Positions 16,389-26,127 of a DNA stretch of 64,000 bases are shown here, one piece after another; position 1 is the first letter of the stretch; each line of letters begins with the position of its first letter. The position numbers and the translations under genes are program-made. The stretch is taken from positions 4,888 through 68,887 of the forward strand of contig JANJTW010000057.1 in the NCBI GenBank assembly GCA_024710925.1, read 5' to 3'. The notes beneath the pieces were generated by a model. That model ran no database searches and had not been told where the DNA came from. It saw only the letters and a program-made list of their open reading frames with translations. Source of the DNA: Rhodocyclaceae bacterium. GTDB taxonomy: Bacteria > Pseudomonadota > Gammaproteobacteria > Burkholderiales > Rhodocyclaceae.

Positions 16389-19138
16389 CGATCCCAGTTC
16401 GGGCCGACGCCGACCTCGACGACCAGTGGCACCTTCAGCTTCGCCACCTGCGTCATCAGCCGCGGCAGCTCCAGCCGGACTGCGGCGAGTTCGTCGTCCG
16501 GTACTTCCAGCACCAGTTCGTCGTGCACCTGCAGGACCAGCTTCGTCGCCAGCCGCTTTTCATCCAGCCAGCGCTGCACGGCGACCATCGCCAGCTTGAT
16601 GAGGTCGGCGGCGGTGCCCTGCATCGGCGCGTTGATCGCCGCGCGCTCGGCGCCCTGGCGGCGGCCGACCTGCTGCGCGCGGATGTCGGGCAGCCACAGG
16701 CGGCGGCCGAAGACGGTCTCGACGTAGCCGTCGCGCTTCGCCGCGTTCCTCGTCTCCTCCATGTAGCGGGCGACGCCGGGGTAGCGGGCGAAGTAGCGCT
16801 CGATGTAGGCCTGCGCCGCGCTGCGCTCCAGATCCAGCTGGCGCGCCAGGCCGAAGGCGCTCATGCCGTAGATCAGGCCGAAGTTGATGACCTTGGCGAC
16901 GCGGCGCTGGTCCGGCCCGACTTCGAGCGGCGTGACGCCGAAGATCTCGGCGGCGGTCGCCCGGTGCACGTCCTCGCCGGCGGCGAAGGCTTCCAGCAGG
17001 CGCGGATCTTCCGAGAGGTGCGCCATGATGCGCAGCTCGATCTGCGAGTAGTCGGCGGAGACGATGCTGCTGCCGGCGGGCGCGACGAAGGCGGCGCGGA
17101 TGCGGCGGCCCTCGGCGGTGCGCACCGGGATGTTCTGCAGGTTCGGCTCGGAACTGGCCAGCCGGCCGGTGATCACGCTGGCCTGCGAGTAGCTGGTATG
17201 CACGCGGCCGGTGTCGGCATTGACCATGCGCGGCAGCTTGTCGGTGTAGGTGCTCTTCAGTTTCGACAGCGTGCGCGTCTCCAGCAGCACCTTCGGCAGC
17301 GGGTAGTCGAGCGTCAGTTCGGAGAGCACTTCCTCGTCGGTCGACGGCGTTCCCGACGGCGTCTTCTTCTGCACCGGTAGGCCTAGTTTCGTGAACAGGA
17401 TCTCGGCGAGCTGCTTCGGCGAATTGAGGTTGAACGGCTGGCCGGCCAGCTCGTGCGCCTTCTGCTCCAGCGCCAGCAGCGCCGTGCCTAGCTCGTGGCT
17501 CTGCTGCGCGAGCAGCGCGCTGTCGATCAGGATGCCGTTGCGTTCCATGCGCCAGATCACCTCGCGCGCCGGCATCTCGATCTCGCGGTAGATGCGGGCA
17601 AGGCCTTCTTCCGCGTCGATGCGCGGCAGCAGCGTGTTGTGCACCTGCAGCGTGATGTCGGAATCCTCGGCCGAGTAGGTCGCAGCCTGTTCGATGGCGA
17701 CCTGGTCGAAGCCGATCTGCTTGGCGCCCTTGCCGCACAGCGACTCGTACGAGATCGTGTCGAGGCCGAGGTGGCGCGACGCGAGCTGGCCGAGGTCGTG
17801 GCCCTTGTCCGATTCGAGCACGTAGGATTCGAGCAGCGTGTCGTGCGCGACGCCGGCGAGCGCGATGCCGTGGTTGGCGAAGACGTGCTGGTCGTACTTG
17901 AGATGCTGGCCGAGCTTGGCGTGCTTGTCCGATTCCAGCCACGGTTTCAGTTTCGCCAGCACCTCGTCGCGCGGCAGCTGCGCCGGCACGCCGGCGTAGT
18001 GGTGGGCGACCGGGATGTAGCAGGCCTCGCCCGGCGCGGTGGCCAGCGAGATGCCGACGATGCGTGCGGCGAACGGGTCGAGGCTGGTTGTCTCGGTGTC
18101 GATGGCGGTGATTCCGGCGGCCTCGATCTTCGCCAGCCAGCGCTCGAAGGCCGGCCAGTCGAGCACCGTCGCGTAGGCCGAGCGGTCGGGCGAAAACAGC
18201 GAGCCGGATGCGGCCGGCGGCGTGGCCGTTGCCGGCGCCGCGCCGGGTCCGGCGCCAGCGGATGCCGCCGCCGTGTCGTCGGCCGGTGCGCTGACTTCCT
18301 TCAGCCAGCTTCTCGACTCGATCCGCGTGAACAGCTCGATCAGCCGCTCGCGCTGCGGCGGGCGGGCGGTCAGCGACTGCGGCGTCATCGCCAGCGGCAG
18401 GTCGCAGACGACGGTGACCAGCTTCCTGCCGAGCGGCAGGAAGTCCAGCGCCTGACGCAGGTTCTCGCCGACCACGCCGCCGATCTCGCCGGCGTGCGCG
18501 ATCAGGTTGTCGAGCGTGCCGTACTGCGTCAGCCATTTCACCGCCGTCTTCGGGCCGCACTTGGCGACGCCGGGGACGTTGTCGACGGTGTCGCCGATCA
18601 ACGTCAGGTAGTCGACGATGCGCTCCGGCGGCACGCCGAATTTCGCCAGCACGCCGGCTTCGTCGAGCACTTCCTCGCTCATCGTGTTGACCAGCGTCAC
18701 GTGGCCGTCGACGAGCTGTGCCAGATCCTTGTCGCCGGTCGACACGACGACCTCGATCCCCTGCGCCGCCGCCTGCCGCGCCAGCGTGCCGATGACGTCG
18801 TCGGCCTCGACGCCGGGCTCGACGATCAGCGGCCAGCCGAGCGCCTCGATGCACTGGTGCAGCGGCTCGATCTGGCGGGCCAGGTCGTCCGGCATCGGCG
18901 GCCGCTGCGCCTTGTATTCCGGGTACCAGTCGTCGCGGAAGGTCTTGCCCTTGGCGTCGAAGACGCAGGCCTTGTACGCCACGCCCTTCGCCTTGTAGTC
19001 GCTTTCCAGCCGGCGTAGCATGTTCAGCACGCCGACGACGGCGCCGGTCGGCTCGCCTGCCGAGTTGCGCAGGTCGGGCAGGGCGTGGAAGGCGCGATAG
19101 AGGTACGACGAACCGTCGACCAGAAGCAGCACGGACAT
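16379..19138 (-). CDS. polA: DNA polymerase I
   Basis: 919 aa: 5'-3' exonuclease N-terminus (LLLVDGSSYLYRAFHA), 3'-5' exonuclease domain, and polymerase motifs (DYSQIELR, QVHDELV). Confidence 0.97.
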   Translation of the reverse strand: MSVLLLVDGSSYLYRAFHALPDLRNSAGEPTGAVVGVLNMLRRLESDYKAKGVAYKACVFDAKGKTFRDDWYPEYKAQRPPMPDDLARQIEPLHQCIEALGWPLIVEPGVEADDVIGTLARQAAAQGIEVVVSTGDKDLAQLVDGHVTLVNTMSEEVLDEAGVLAKFGVPPERIVDYLTLIGDTVDNVPGVAKCGPKTAVKWLTQYGTLDNLIAHAGEIGGVVGENLRQALDFLPLGRKLVTVVCDLPLAMTPQSLTARPPQRERLIELFTRIESRSWLKEVSAPADDTAAASAGAGPGAAPATATPPAASGSLFSPDRSAYATVLDWPAFERWLAKIEAAGITAIDTETTSLDPFAARIVGISLATAPGEACYIPVAHHYAGVPAQLPRDEVLAKLKPWLESDKHAKLGQHLKYDQHVFANHGIALAGVAHDTLLESYVLESDKGHDLGQLASRHLGLDTISYESLCGKGAKQIGFDQVAIEQAATYSAEDSDITLQVHNTLLPRIDAEEGLARIYREIEMPAREVIWRMERNGILIDSALLAQQSHELGTALLALEQKAHELAGQPFNLNSPKQLAEILFTKLGLPVQKKTPSGTPSTDEEVLSELTLDYPLPKVLLETRTLSKLKSTYTDKLPRMVNADTGRVHTSYSQASVITGRLASSEPNLQNIPVRTAEGRRIRAAFVAPAGSSIVSADYSQIELRIMAHLSEDPRLLEAFAAGEDVHRATAAEIFGVTPLEVGPDQRRVAKVINFGLIYGMSAFGLARQLDLERSAAQAYIERYFARYPGVARYMEETRNAAKRDGYVETVFGRRLWLPDIRAQQVGRRQGAERAAINAPMQGTAADLIKLAMVAVQRWLDEKRLATKLVLQVHDELVLEVPDDELAAVRLELPRLMTQVAKLKVPLVVEVGVGPNWDRAH

Positions 19139-19149
19139 AGCGAAAAAGA

Positions 19150-19878
19150 ATGAGCGAAAAAGAGAAACTGCCGCCGCAGGCGGACCCTGAAACCCTCGCG
19201 CAATCCGTGTCGGCGCGCGAATCCTGGCGGATCTTCGGCATTATGGCAGAGTTCGTCGAGGCCACCGAACGGCTGGCGACGATCCGCCCGGCGGTGTCGA
19301 TCTTCGGCAGCGCCCGCACCCAACCGGACTCGCCGTACTACCAGCTCACCGAGCAGACCGCCCGCCTGCTGTCGGACGCCGGCTTCTCGGTCATCTCCGG
19401 CGGCGGCCCCGGCATCATGGAGGCGGCAAACAAGGGCGCCTACCACGGCAAGAGCCCGTCGATCGGCCTCAACATCCAGCTGCCGCACGAGCAGACCGGC
19501 AATCCGTACCAGGACATCTCGCAGACCTTCCGCCACTTCTTCGCGCGCAAGTACATGTTCGTCAAGTTCGCCAGCGCCTACGTCGTCATGCCCGGCGGCT
19601 TCGGCACGCTCGACGAGCTGATGGAGGCGCTGACGCTGATCCAGACCGGCAAGAGCCGGCGCATCCCGATCATCCTCGTACACGAACCGTTCTGGCGCGG
19701 CATGGTCGACTGGTTCCGCGACCGGCTGGTCGACGAGGGGATGATCTCGGCGGAGGACATGGCCCTGATCCAGGTCCTCGACCGCCCCGAGGACATCGTC
19801 GAGGCCATCTTCAAGCACTACGAGACGCGCGGCTTCGCCCCGTCGGCCGACGAGCGGGAGCTGCTGCTCAACCTGTAA
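19150..19878 (+). CDS. LOG-family (TIGR00730) nucleotide 5'-monophosphate nucleosidase
   Basis: GGGPGIMEAANKGA and PGGFGTLDELMEAL motifs. Confidence 0.85.
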   Translation: MSEKEKLPPQADPETLAQSVSARESWRIFGIMAEFVEATERLATIRPAVSIFGSARTQPDSPYYQLTEQTARLLSDAGFSVISGGGPGIMEAANKGAYHGKSPSIGLNIQLPHEQTGNPYQDISQTFRHFFARKYMFVKFASAYVVMPGGFGTLDELMEALTLIQTGKSRRIPIILVHEPFWRGMVDWFRDRLVDEGMISAEDMALIQVLDRPEDIVEAIFKHYETRGFAPSADERELLLNL

Positions 19879-19910
19879 TACAATTCCGGAACATTCCCCG
19901 GGGATTTTCC

Positions 19911-20249
19911 ATGCGCCGCTTCCTCCTGCCCTTCGCCTTCGTCGCCACCGCCGCCTTCGCCCAGGCCGGCAAGCCCGCCGACCTGCAGCCGCTGCCGGCC
20001 GTGCCGCCGCCGCCGCCGGAGATCGTCCCCTTCGACGCGGCGCTCGAACCGCAGGTGACGATCCGCAAGCGCGACGGCGACACCATCGAGGAATACCGCA
20101 TGGAAGGCCGCGTCTACATGCTCAAGGTGACGCCGCCGCACGGCGTGCCCTATTACCTCGTGGACACGCAGGGCGACGGCAACTTCTCGCGCATGGAGAC
20201 GCTCGACGACCGCACGCGCGTCCCGATGTGGATCATCAAGACCTTCTGA
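19911..20249 (+). CDS. DUF2782-like secreted protein
   Basis: Signal peptide. The EEYRMEGRVYMLKVTP...YYLVDTQGDG pattern matches this family. It sits upstream of thrB. Confidence 0.6.
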   Translation: MRRFLLPFAFVATAAFAQAGKPADLQPLPAVPPPPPEIVPFDAALEPQVTIRKRDGDTIEEYRMEGRVYMLKVTPPHGVPYYLVDTQGDGNFSRMETLDDRTRVPMWIIKTF

Positions 20250-20321
20250 ACGCCTTGCCCGTCGGCCGGCCGGCGCCACGTCCGCCGGCCCCCTGAACCG
20301 CCGAAAGCCATTCCCCGCGAC

Positions 20322-21284
20322 GTGTCCGTATTCACTCCCGTCTCCCGCGAACAGCTCGCCGCCTGGCTCGCCGCCTACGACCTCGGCGCGCTGCGGGCGC
20401 TCGCCGGCATCGCCGAGGGCGTGCAGAACTCCAATTTCTTCGTCGACACCGAGGACGGCGCGCACGGCCGGCACGTGCTGACGCTGTTCGAGAACGTCGA
20501 TCCGGCGGCGCTGCCCTTCTACCTCGACCTGATGGCGCACCTCGCGCGGCATGGCATTCCCTGTCCGGCACCGCGGCCGATGCGCGATGGCCGCCTGCTC
20601 GGCACGCTCAACGGGCGGCCGGCGGCGCTCTTCTCGCGGCTGTCCGGCGCCTCGGTGGCGCAACCGTCGCCGGCGCACTGCGCCGCCGCCGGCGCCGCGC
20701 TCGCCGGCCTGCACCTCGCCGGCCGCGATTTTCCGGCGCCGCCGCACCCGCGCGGCGCCGACTGGGTCGAGGCGACCGCCGCCCGCCTGCTGCCGCGGCT
20801 GCCGGCAGCCGACGCCGGGCTGCTCGCCGACGAGCTGGCGGCGCAGCGCGCGCCGCTCGGCGAGCTGCCGGCCGGCGTCATCCACGCCGACCTCTTCCGC
20901 GACAACGTGCTCTTCGTCGACGACGGCGCCGTGCCGCGCATCGGCGGCCTGCTCGACTTCTACTTCGCCGGCCGCGGCGACTTCCTGTTCGATCTCGCCG
21001 TCGCCGCCAACGACTGGTGCGGCGACGACGACGGCCGGCTCGACGAACGGCGCCTGCAGGCGCTGCTCGCCGCCTACCATGCGGTGCGGCCGCTCGTCGC
21101 CGGCGAGCGCGCCGCCTGGCCGCGCCGCCTGCGCGCCGCGGCACTGCGCTTCTGGCTGTCGCGGCTGGAGGATTTCCATTGCCCGCAGCCGGGCGAAACG
21201 GTCACCGTGCGCGACCCCGAGGCCTACCGTCGCATCCTGCTCGCCCGGCGCGCGCTCGGCGCCGCGCCGCTGCGGCTTGCCTGA
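20322..21284 (+). CDS. thrB: Homoserine kinase, type II (APH-fold, Pseudomonas type)
   Basis: GTG start. MSVFTP...GIAEGVQNSNFFV...HADLFRDNVLF...RFWLSRL closely matches the Pseudomonas ThrB pattern. Confidence 0.85.
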   Translation: MSVFTPVSREQLAAWLAAYDLGALRALAGIAEGVQNSNFFVDTEDGAHGRHVLTLFENVDPAALPFYLDLMAHLARHGIPCPAPRPMRDGRLLGTLNGRPAALFSRLSGASVAQPSPAHCAAAGAALAGLHLAGRDFPAPPHPRGADWVEATAARLLPRLPAADAGLLADELAAQRAPLGELPAGVIHADLFRDNVLFVDDGAVPRIGGLLDFYFAGRGDFLFDLAVAANDWCGDDDGRLDERRLQALLAAYHAVRPLVAGERAAWPRRLRAAALRFWLSRLEDFHCPQPGETVTVRDPEAYRRILLARRALGAAPLRLA

Positions 21285-21332
21285 GGCCGGCGGCGTGGCT
21301 AGCATTTGCCCGTTCCCTCACGAGACCCGGCC

Positions 21333-22079
21333 ATGACTTCGTTTCCGCTCGCTCCCGTCGCCTTCTCCGGCGAGTCGCGGACGGTGCCGCCGGACGCGCC
21401 GTTCAACTGGCTGCGCCAGGGTTGGGCGGTGTTCGCCGCCGATCCGGGGCAGTGGCTGGCGATGACCGTGCTGCTGCTGGTGATCTTCTTCGGCCTGCAG
21501 ATCGTGCCGGTGGTCGGCAGCCTCGCCGCGGCGCTGCTCATGCCGACGCTCATCGCCGGCCTGTTGCACGCCGCGCAGCGGCTTGGCGACGACGGCCGCT
21601 TCGACCTCGCCGACTTCTTCGCCGGCTTCCGGCGCAACACCGGCCCGCTGGTCATGCTCGGCCTGCTCTTCATGGCCGGCTGGGCGCTGATCCTGCTCGT
21701 CGTCATGGCCATTGCCGGCGGCGGCATTGCCGGTGGGGTCGTCGCCGGCATCGCCGGACAGCCGGGGGTGGGCGTCGGCATCGGCGTGGCCGGCTTCTTC
21801 CTCGCCTTCGTCCTCAAGCTGCTGCTCGGTTTCCCGCTGTGTCTGGCGATGTGGTTCGCGCCGGCGCTGATCTACTTCAACGGCATGGCGCCGGTGGCGG
21901 CGCTGCAGGCCAGTTTCACCGCCGGCCTGAGGAACTGGCTGGCGATGCTGGTCTTCGTGCTCGTCCTGCTGGTCCTCGGCTTCTTCGCGCTGCTGCCGAT
22001 GGGGCTCGGTTTCCTCGTCCTGATCCCGGTCCTCGTCGGCGCGCTGCACGCTTCCCACAAGGACATCTTCCTCGGCTGA
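21333..22079 (+). CDS. BPSS1780/DUF2189-like integral membrane protein (paralog 1)
   Basis: Multi-TM protein with FNWLRQGWAVF near the N-terminus. ATG 21333; TTG 21306 is an alternative. Confidence 0.6.
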   Translation: MTSFPLAPVAFSGESRTVPPDAPFNWLRQGWAVFAADPGQWLAMTVLLLVIFFGLQIVPVVGSLAAALLMPTLIAGLLHAAQRLGDDGRFDLADFFAGFRRNTGPLVMLGLLFMAGWALILLVVMAIAGGGIAGGVVAGIAGQPGVGVGIGVAGFFLAFVLKLLLGFPLCLAMWFAPALIYFNGMAPVAALQASFTAGLRNWLAMLVFVLVLLVLGFFALLPMGLGFLVLIPVLVGALHASHKDIFLG

Positions 22080-22127
22080 CCATGAAATCCATCGAACGCA
22101 TCGCAACTTTCCGGAGGGTCCGCTGAC

Positions 22128-22940
22128 ATGCAGGCCCTCAAACTCTCCACCCGGCAAGGCTGGGGCTGGCTCGGCGCCGGCTTTGCCATCTTCCGCCGCA
22201 ATCCGGCGCAGCTGACGCTGGTCATCGTCGGCTACTGGCTGCTCGTCGCCTTCGTCAATTCGCTGCCGATGATCGGGCCGGTGCTGGCGACGGCGACCAT
22301 CCCGGCCTTCTCGGTCGGCCTGATGAATGCCTGTCGCGAGGTCGACCGCGGCCGCGTGCTGCCGTTGCCGGTGCTTTTCTCCGGGTTCCGCACGGCGCAG
22401 GTGAAGACCCTGCTCGTCCTCGGCGGCCTCTACCTCGCCGCCTCGCTCTGCGCGCTGCTTGTCTCGTCGCTCGCCGACGGCGGCATGTTCATGCAGACGA
22501 TGCTCGGCAGCTACCAGCCGAGCGAGGAGGATCTCGCCAGCGGCGCCCTCTTCGCCGGCGCGCAGATGGCGCTGCTGGTCATGCTGCCGGTGCTCATGGC
22601 CTGGTGGTACGCGCCGGTGCTCGTCGCCTGGCACGGCTTCGGCGCCGGCAAGGCGCTGTTCTTCAGCTTCGTCGCCTGCCTGCGCAACTGGAAGCCCTTC
22701 CTCGCCTACGGCGCCTGCGTCATGGTCTTCGGCGGGCTGCTGCCGGGGCTCGTCCTCGGCGTCGTCGCCGCCGCCTTTCCCGGCGCCGCCGGCTTCGTCT
22801 CGTCGCTGTTCGTCGTGCCGCTGCTGCTCTTCCTCGCGCCGTCGCTGGTCGCCAGCTTCTATGTCAGCTACCGCGACGTGTTCGTCGCCGCCGAGCCGCT
22901 GCCGGAAGCGCCCCCCGCGGAGCCGCCGGCCGATGCCTGA
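22128..22940 (+). CDS. BPSS1780/DUF2189-like integral membrane protein (paralog 2)
   Basis: Same architecture as the upstream gene (RQGWGWLGAGFAIF, FSGFR, multi-TM). Its 3' end overlaps the nadD start. Confidence 0.6.
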   Translation: MQALKLSTRQGWGWLGAGFAIFRRNPAQLTLVIVGYWLLVAFVNSLPMIGPVLATATIPAFSVGLMNACREVDRGRVLPLPVLFSGFRTAQVKTLLVLGGLYLAASLCALLVSSLADGGMFMQTMLGSYQPSEEDLASGALFAGAQMALLVMLPVLMAWWYAPVLVAWHGFGAGKALFFSFVACLRNWKPFLAYGACVMVFGGLLPGLVLGVVAAAFPGAAGFVSSLFVVPLLLFLAPSLVASFYVSYRDVFVAAEPLPEAPPAEPPADA

Positions 22941-23607
22941 GCGGCGGCCCGTCGGCGTCTTCGGCGGCACCTTCGATCCGGTGCACGTCGGCCATCTGCG
23001 CCTCGCCGAGGAGGCCGCGGAGGCCCTCGGGCTGGCCGCGGTACGCTGGATTCCCGCCGGCCAGCCGCGCCACCGCGCGTCGCCGCGCGTCGCCGCCGCG
23101 CACCGCCTGCGCATGGTCGACCTGGCCATCGCCGGCAATCCGCGCTTCTGCCTCGACGCGGCGGAGGCCGAGAGCGGCGAGGCGAGCTACACCGTGCCGA
23201 CGCTGGCCCGGCTGCGCGCCGAACTCGGCGCGGCGCAGCCGCTGGTGCTGCTGCTCGGCGCCGACGCCTACGCCGGCCTGCCCGGCTGGCACCGCTGGCC
23301 GGAGCTGTTCGCGCTGGCGCACGTCGCCGTCGCGCACCGCCCCGGCTTCGCCGTCGACGCGGCGGCACTGCCGGCCGCGCTGCAGGCCGAGCACCGCGCC
23401 CGGCACGTGCCGGGCGACGATCCGTCGGCCCTCGCCGCGACGCCGGCCGGCCGCATCCTCAGCTTTCCGATGACACCGCTCGCCGTCTCGGCGACGCAGG
23501 TACGGGCCCTGCTCGCCGCCGGCCGCAGCGCCCGCTATTTGCTGCCGCCGGCGGTTATCGACTATATTGACCTTCACCACCTCTACCGAAACCACGATGG
23601 ATCTTAG
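22933..23607 (+). CDS. nadD: Nicotinate-nucleotide adenylyltransferase
   Basis: GVFGGTFDPVHVGHL (HxGH) and ISATQVR-like SATQVRALL motifs. Confidence 0.9.
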   Translation: MPERRPVGVFGGTFDPVHVGHLRLAEEAAEALGLAAVRWIPAGQPRHRASPRVAAAHRLRMVDLAIAGNPRFCLDAAEAESGEASYTVPTLARLRAELGAAQPLVLLLGADAYAGLPGWHRWPELFALAHVAVAHRPGFAVDAAALPAALQAEHRARHVPGDDPSALAATPAGRILSFPMTPLAVSATQVRALLAAGRSARYLLPPAVIDYIDLHHLYRNHDGS

Positions 23608-23965
23608 AAAGCTGCAGAAACTGGTTGTATCCGCCCTCGAAGACATCAAGGGGCGCGACATCGAAGTCCTCAACACCGCCAAGCTCACGTCCCTGTTCGA
23701 TCGCATCGTCATCGCCACCGGCGACTCCAACCGCCAGGTCAAGGCGCTCGCGCGCAACGTCCAGGAAAAGGTCGCCGAGGCCGGCGGCGAGGTGCTCTCG
23801 ATCGAGGGTGAGGAGAACGGCGAATGGGTGCTGGTGGATCTCGGCGACATCGTCGTGCACGTGATGCAGCCGGCGGTGCGCGCGCACTACAATCTGGAGG
23901 AGCTGTGGGCGGCGCGGCCGGCGAAGCGCAAGGCGCTGGCCGAAGAGGACGGCGCCGCCGCATGA
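23597..23965 (+). CDS. rsfS: Ribosome silencing factor
   Basis: [13 protein letters not shown]...[17 protein letters not shown]...[14 protein letters not shown] pattern. ATG 23597. Confidence 0.9.
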   Translation: MDLRKLQKLVVSALEDIKGRDIEVLNTAKLTSLFDRIVIATGDSNRQVKALARNVQEKVAEAGGEVLSIEGEENGEWVLVDLGDIVVHVMQPAVRAHYNLEELWAARPAKRKALAEEDGAAA

Positions 23966-24432
23966 AGCTGCTCATCGCCGCCGTCGGCCACAAGATGCCC
24001 GACTGGGTGGCGGCGGGGTGCGGCGAATACGTCAAGCGCATGCCGCGCGAACTGCCGCTCGCCGTCGTCGAGATCAAGCCGGAGCCGCGCGGCAGCAAGA
24101 CCCGCGAACAGCTGACTGCCGCCGAGAAGGCGCGCATCCTGCCGGCGATCGCCGGCTGCGGACGCGTCGTCGCGCTCGACGAGCGCGGCAAGGACCTGAC
24201 CACGCAGCAGCTTGCCCAGCGGCTGGAAACCTGGATGCAGGACGGCCGCGACACCGCCTTCCTGATCGGCGGCGCCGACGGCCTCGATGCGGAACTGAAG
24301 GCGCGTGCCGACGACATGATCCGCCTGTCCAGCCTGACCCTGCCGCACGCGATGGCGCGGCTGGTGCTGTGCGAGCAGCTCTACCGCGCGGTCAGTGTGC
24401 TGAAGAACCATCCCTACCACCGCGAAGGATGA
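23962..24432 (+). CDS. rlmH: 23S rRNA (pseudouridine1915-N3)-methyltransferase
   Basis: [15 protein letters not shown]...FLIGGADGL...[10 protein letters not shown]-like motifs. The ATGA start overlaps the rsfS stop. Confidence 0.9.
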   Translation: MKLLIAAVGHKMPDWVAAGCGEYVKRMPRELPLAVVEIKPEPRGSKTREQLTAAEKARILPAIAGCGRVVALDERGKDLTTQQLAQRLETWMQDGRDTAFLIGGADGLDAELKARADDMIRLSSLTLPHAMARLVLCEQLYRAVSVLKNHPYHREG

Positions 24433-25055
24433 GCACCGTGAGCCTGCTCGCGCCCCGCATCCACCTCGCGTCGCGCAGTCCGCGCCGGCGCGAGCTGCTG
24501 ACCCAGCTCGGCGTGCACTTCGACACGCTGCTTTTCCGCGACGGCGCCCGCGCCGACGCCGAGACCGACGAGACGCCGCTGCCCGGCGAGGCCCCGGTCG
24601 CCTACGTGCAGCGCGTTGCGCGCGCCAAGGCCGAACACGGCTGGCGCTGCGCCGGCTGGCGCCGGCTGCGGCCGCAGCCGGTGCTGTCCGCCGACACGAC
24701 GCTGGAGTTCGGCAACGAGATCATCGGCAAGCCGGCCGACGCCGCCGATGCGACGGCCATCCTGGAGCGCCTGTCCGGCCAGGTCCACCGCGTCCTCACC
24801 GCCGTCACCGTCTGCTTCGAGGCGCGCATCGAGACGGTGCTGTCGGTCAGCGAGGTACGTTTCGCCGCGCTCGACCCGGCCGACATCCGCCGCTACGTCG
24901 CCAGCGGCGAGCCGATGGACAAGGCCGGCGCCTACGGCATCCAGGGCCGCGCCGGCATGTTCGTCGAGCACCTCGCCGGCAGCTACAGCGGCGTCATGGG
25001 CCTGCCGCTGTTCGAGACGGCGCAGCTGCTGCGCCGCTTCAACTACCCGCTCTGA
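24429..25055 (+). CDS. maf: Maf-family nucleoside triphosphate pyrophosphatase
   Basis: [22 protein letters not shown] and GLPL motifs. The ATGA start overlaps the rlmH stop. Confidence 0.9.
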   Translation: MSTVSLLAPRIHLASRSPRRRELLTQLGVHFDTLLFRDGARADAETDETPLPGEAPVAYVQRVARAKAEHGWRCAGWRRLRPQPVLSADTTLEFGNEIIGKPADAADATAILERLSGQVHRVLTAVTVCFEARIETVLSVSEVRFAALDPADIRRYVASGEPMDKAGAYGIQGRAGMFVEHLAGSYSGVMGLPLFETAQLLRRFNYPL

Positions 25056-26127
25056 CCGCCCTCGCCAGCCGTTCGTGGAGGTGCCCGGCGGCCGCCGCGG
25101 CGCCGTCGGCGGCGTGCGTCCGTGGCGCCAGCCGCCACAGCGCTTCGAGCTGCGGCACGAAACCGCCGGCGGCGAAATCCGCGCCCGGCACCTCGGCGCA
25201 GACCGCCGTCTCCTCCAGCCAGTCGATCAGCGCCTCCTGCTCCGGCCAGTCGGCGCGGCGCAGGTAGAGCAGCGGCGTGCCGGCCGCCGCCGCCTCGACG
25301 AACAGGCCGTAGCCGGGCTTGGTGACGACGGCGTCCACGCTCGCCAGCCGGTCGGAAAAATGCAGGCCCAGCGTCCGGTAGTCGGTGACGTCCGGGCGGC
25401 CGGCGGGCGTCGCGTCGCCGACCAGCCAGCGGATGCCCGGCGTGCGGGGCCAGTGCGCCACCGGCAGTTCGAAACCGATGCCGCCCATCGCCACCAGCAC
25501 CAGCCGTTCGCCGGCCACGCCGAGCGTCTCCTCCAGCCGTGCGCGCTGCGCCGTGCCGACGCGGGCCAGCGGCGGCAGATCGATCCGGTTTTCCAGGTCG
25601 GCCATCGGCATCGCCGGCGTGCAGCGCAGGAAGGCGTCGGCGCCGGCGTAGGCGTCGCGCAGCTGCGCATGGATCGGGGCGGCCCACGCCTCGCCGGCGA
25701 AGAGAAAGGCGAACTGGTCGGCCCAGTTCAGCGAGCATAGGGCGACGGCGGGAATGCCGGCGCGGCGGGCGCCGGCGAGCGGCAGCGCGGAGACGTTGGC
25801 GAGCACCAGATCGGGCGCGAGCGCGGCGAGGAACTCCGCTTCCGCCGCCACCCGGCCGTCCCAATCGGCATGCGCCGCGCGGTAGGCCGCCGCCGTCGCC
25901 GCGCGGTCGACGCGCGTCGCGTCGTGCATCAGGCAGGTGACGTCGCTGCCGCCGGCCAGATGGTCGAACGGCTGCGCGATGCGCAGGCGCAGCCGTTCTT
26001 CCGGCAGCGCGCTGCGGATCGTCAGGCGCAGGCCGGGCAGCCGCACGGCGAGCGCGTCGAGCACCGGGCCGGTCTGCGCGAGGTGGCCGAGGCCGTGCGC
26101 GGAGATGTCGACGAAGAGGTGCGGCAT
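25039..26127 (-). CDS. Uncharacterised GT-B-fold glycosyltransferase-like protein
   Basis: [18 protein letters not shown]-terminus and the C-terminal [19 protein letters not shown] pattern resemble GT1/GT28-type enzymes. The start shares one nucleotide with the trhP stop. The 3' end overlaps maf by 17 nt (convergent). Confidence 0.55.
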   Translation of the reverse strand: MPHLFVDISAHGLGHLAQTGPVLDALAVRLPGLRLTIRSALPEERLRLRIAQPFDHLAGGSDVTCLMHDATRVDRAATAAAYRAAHADWDGRVAAEAEFLAALAPDLVLANVSALPLAGARRAGIPAVALCSLNWADQFAFLFAGEAWAAPIHAQLRDAYAGADAFLRCTPAMPMADLENRIDLPPLARVGTAQRARLEETLGVAGERLVLVAMGGIGFELPVAHWPRTPGIRWLVGDATPAGRPDVTDYRTLGLHFSDRLASVDAVVTKPGYGLFVEAAAAGTPLLYLRRADWPEQEALIDWLEETAVCAEVPGADFAAGGFVPQLEALWRLAPRTHAADGAAAAAGHLHERLARAVRAGS

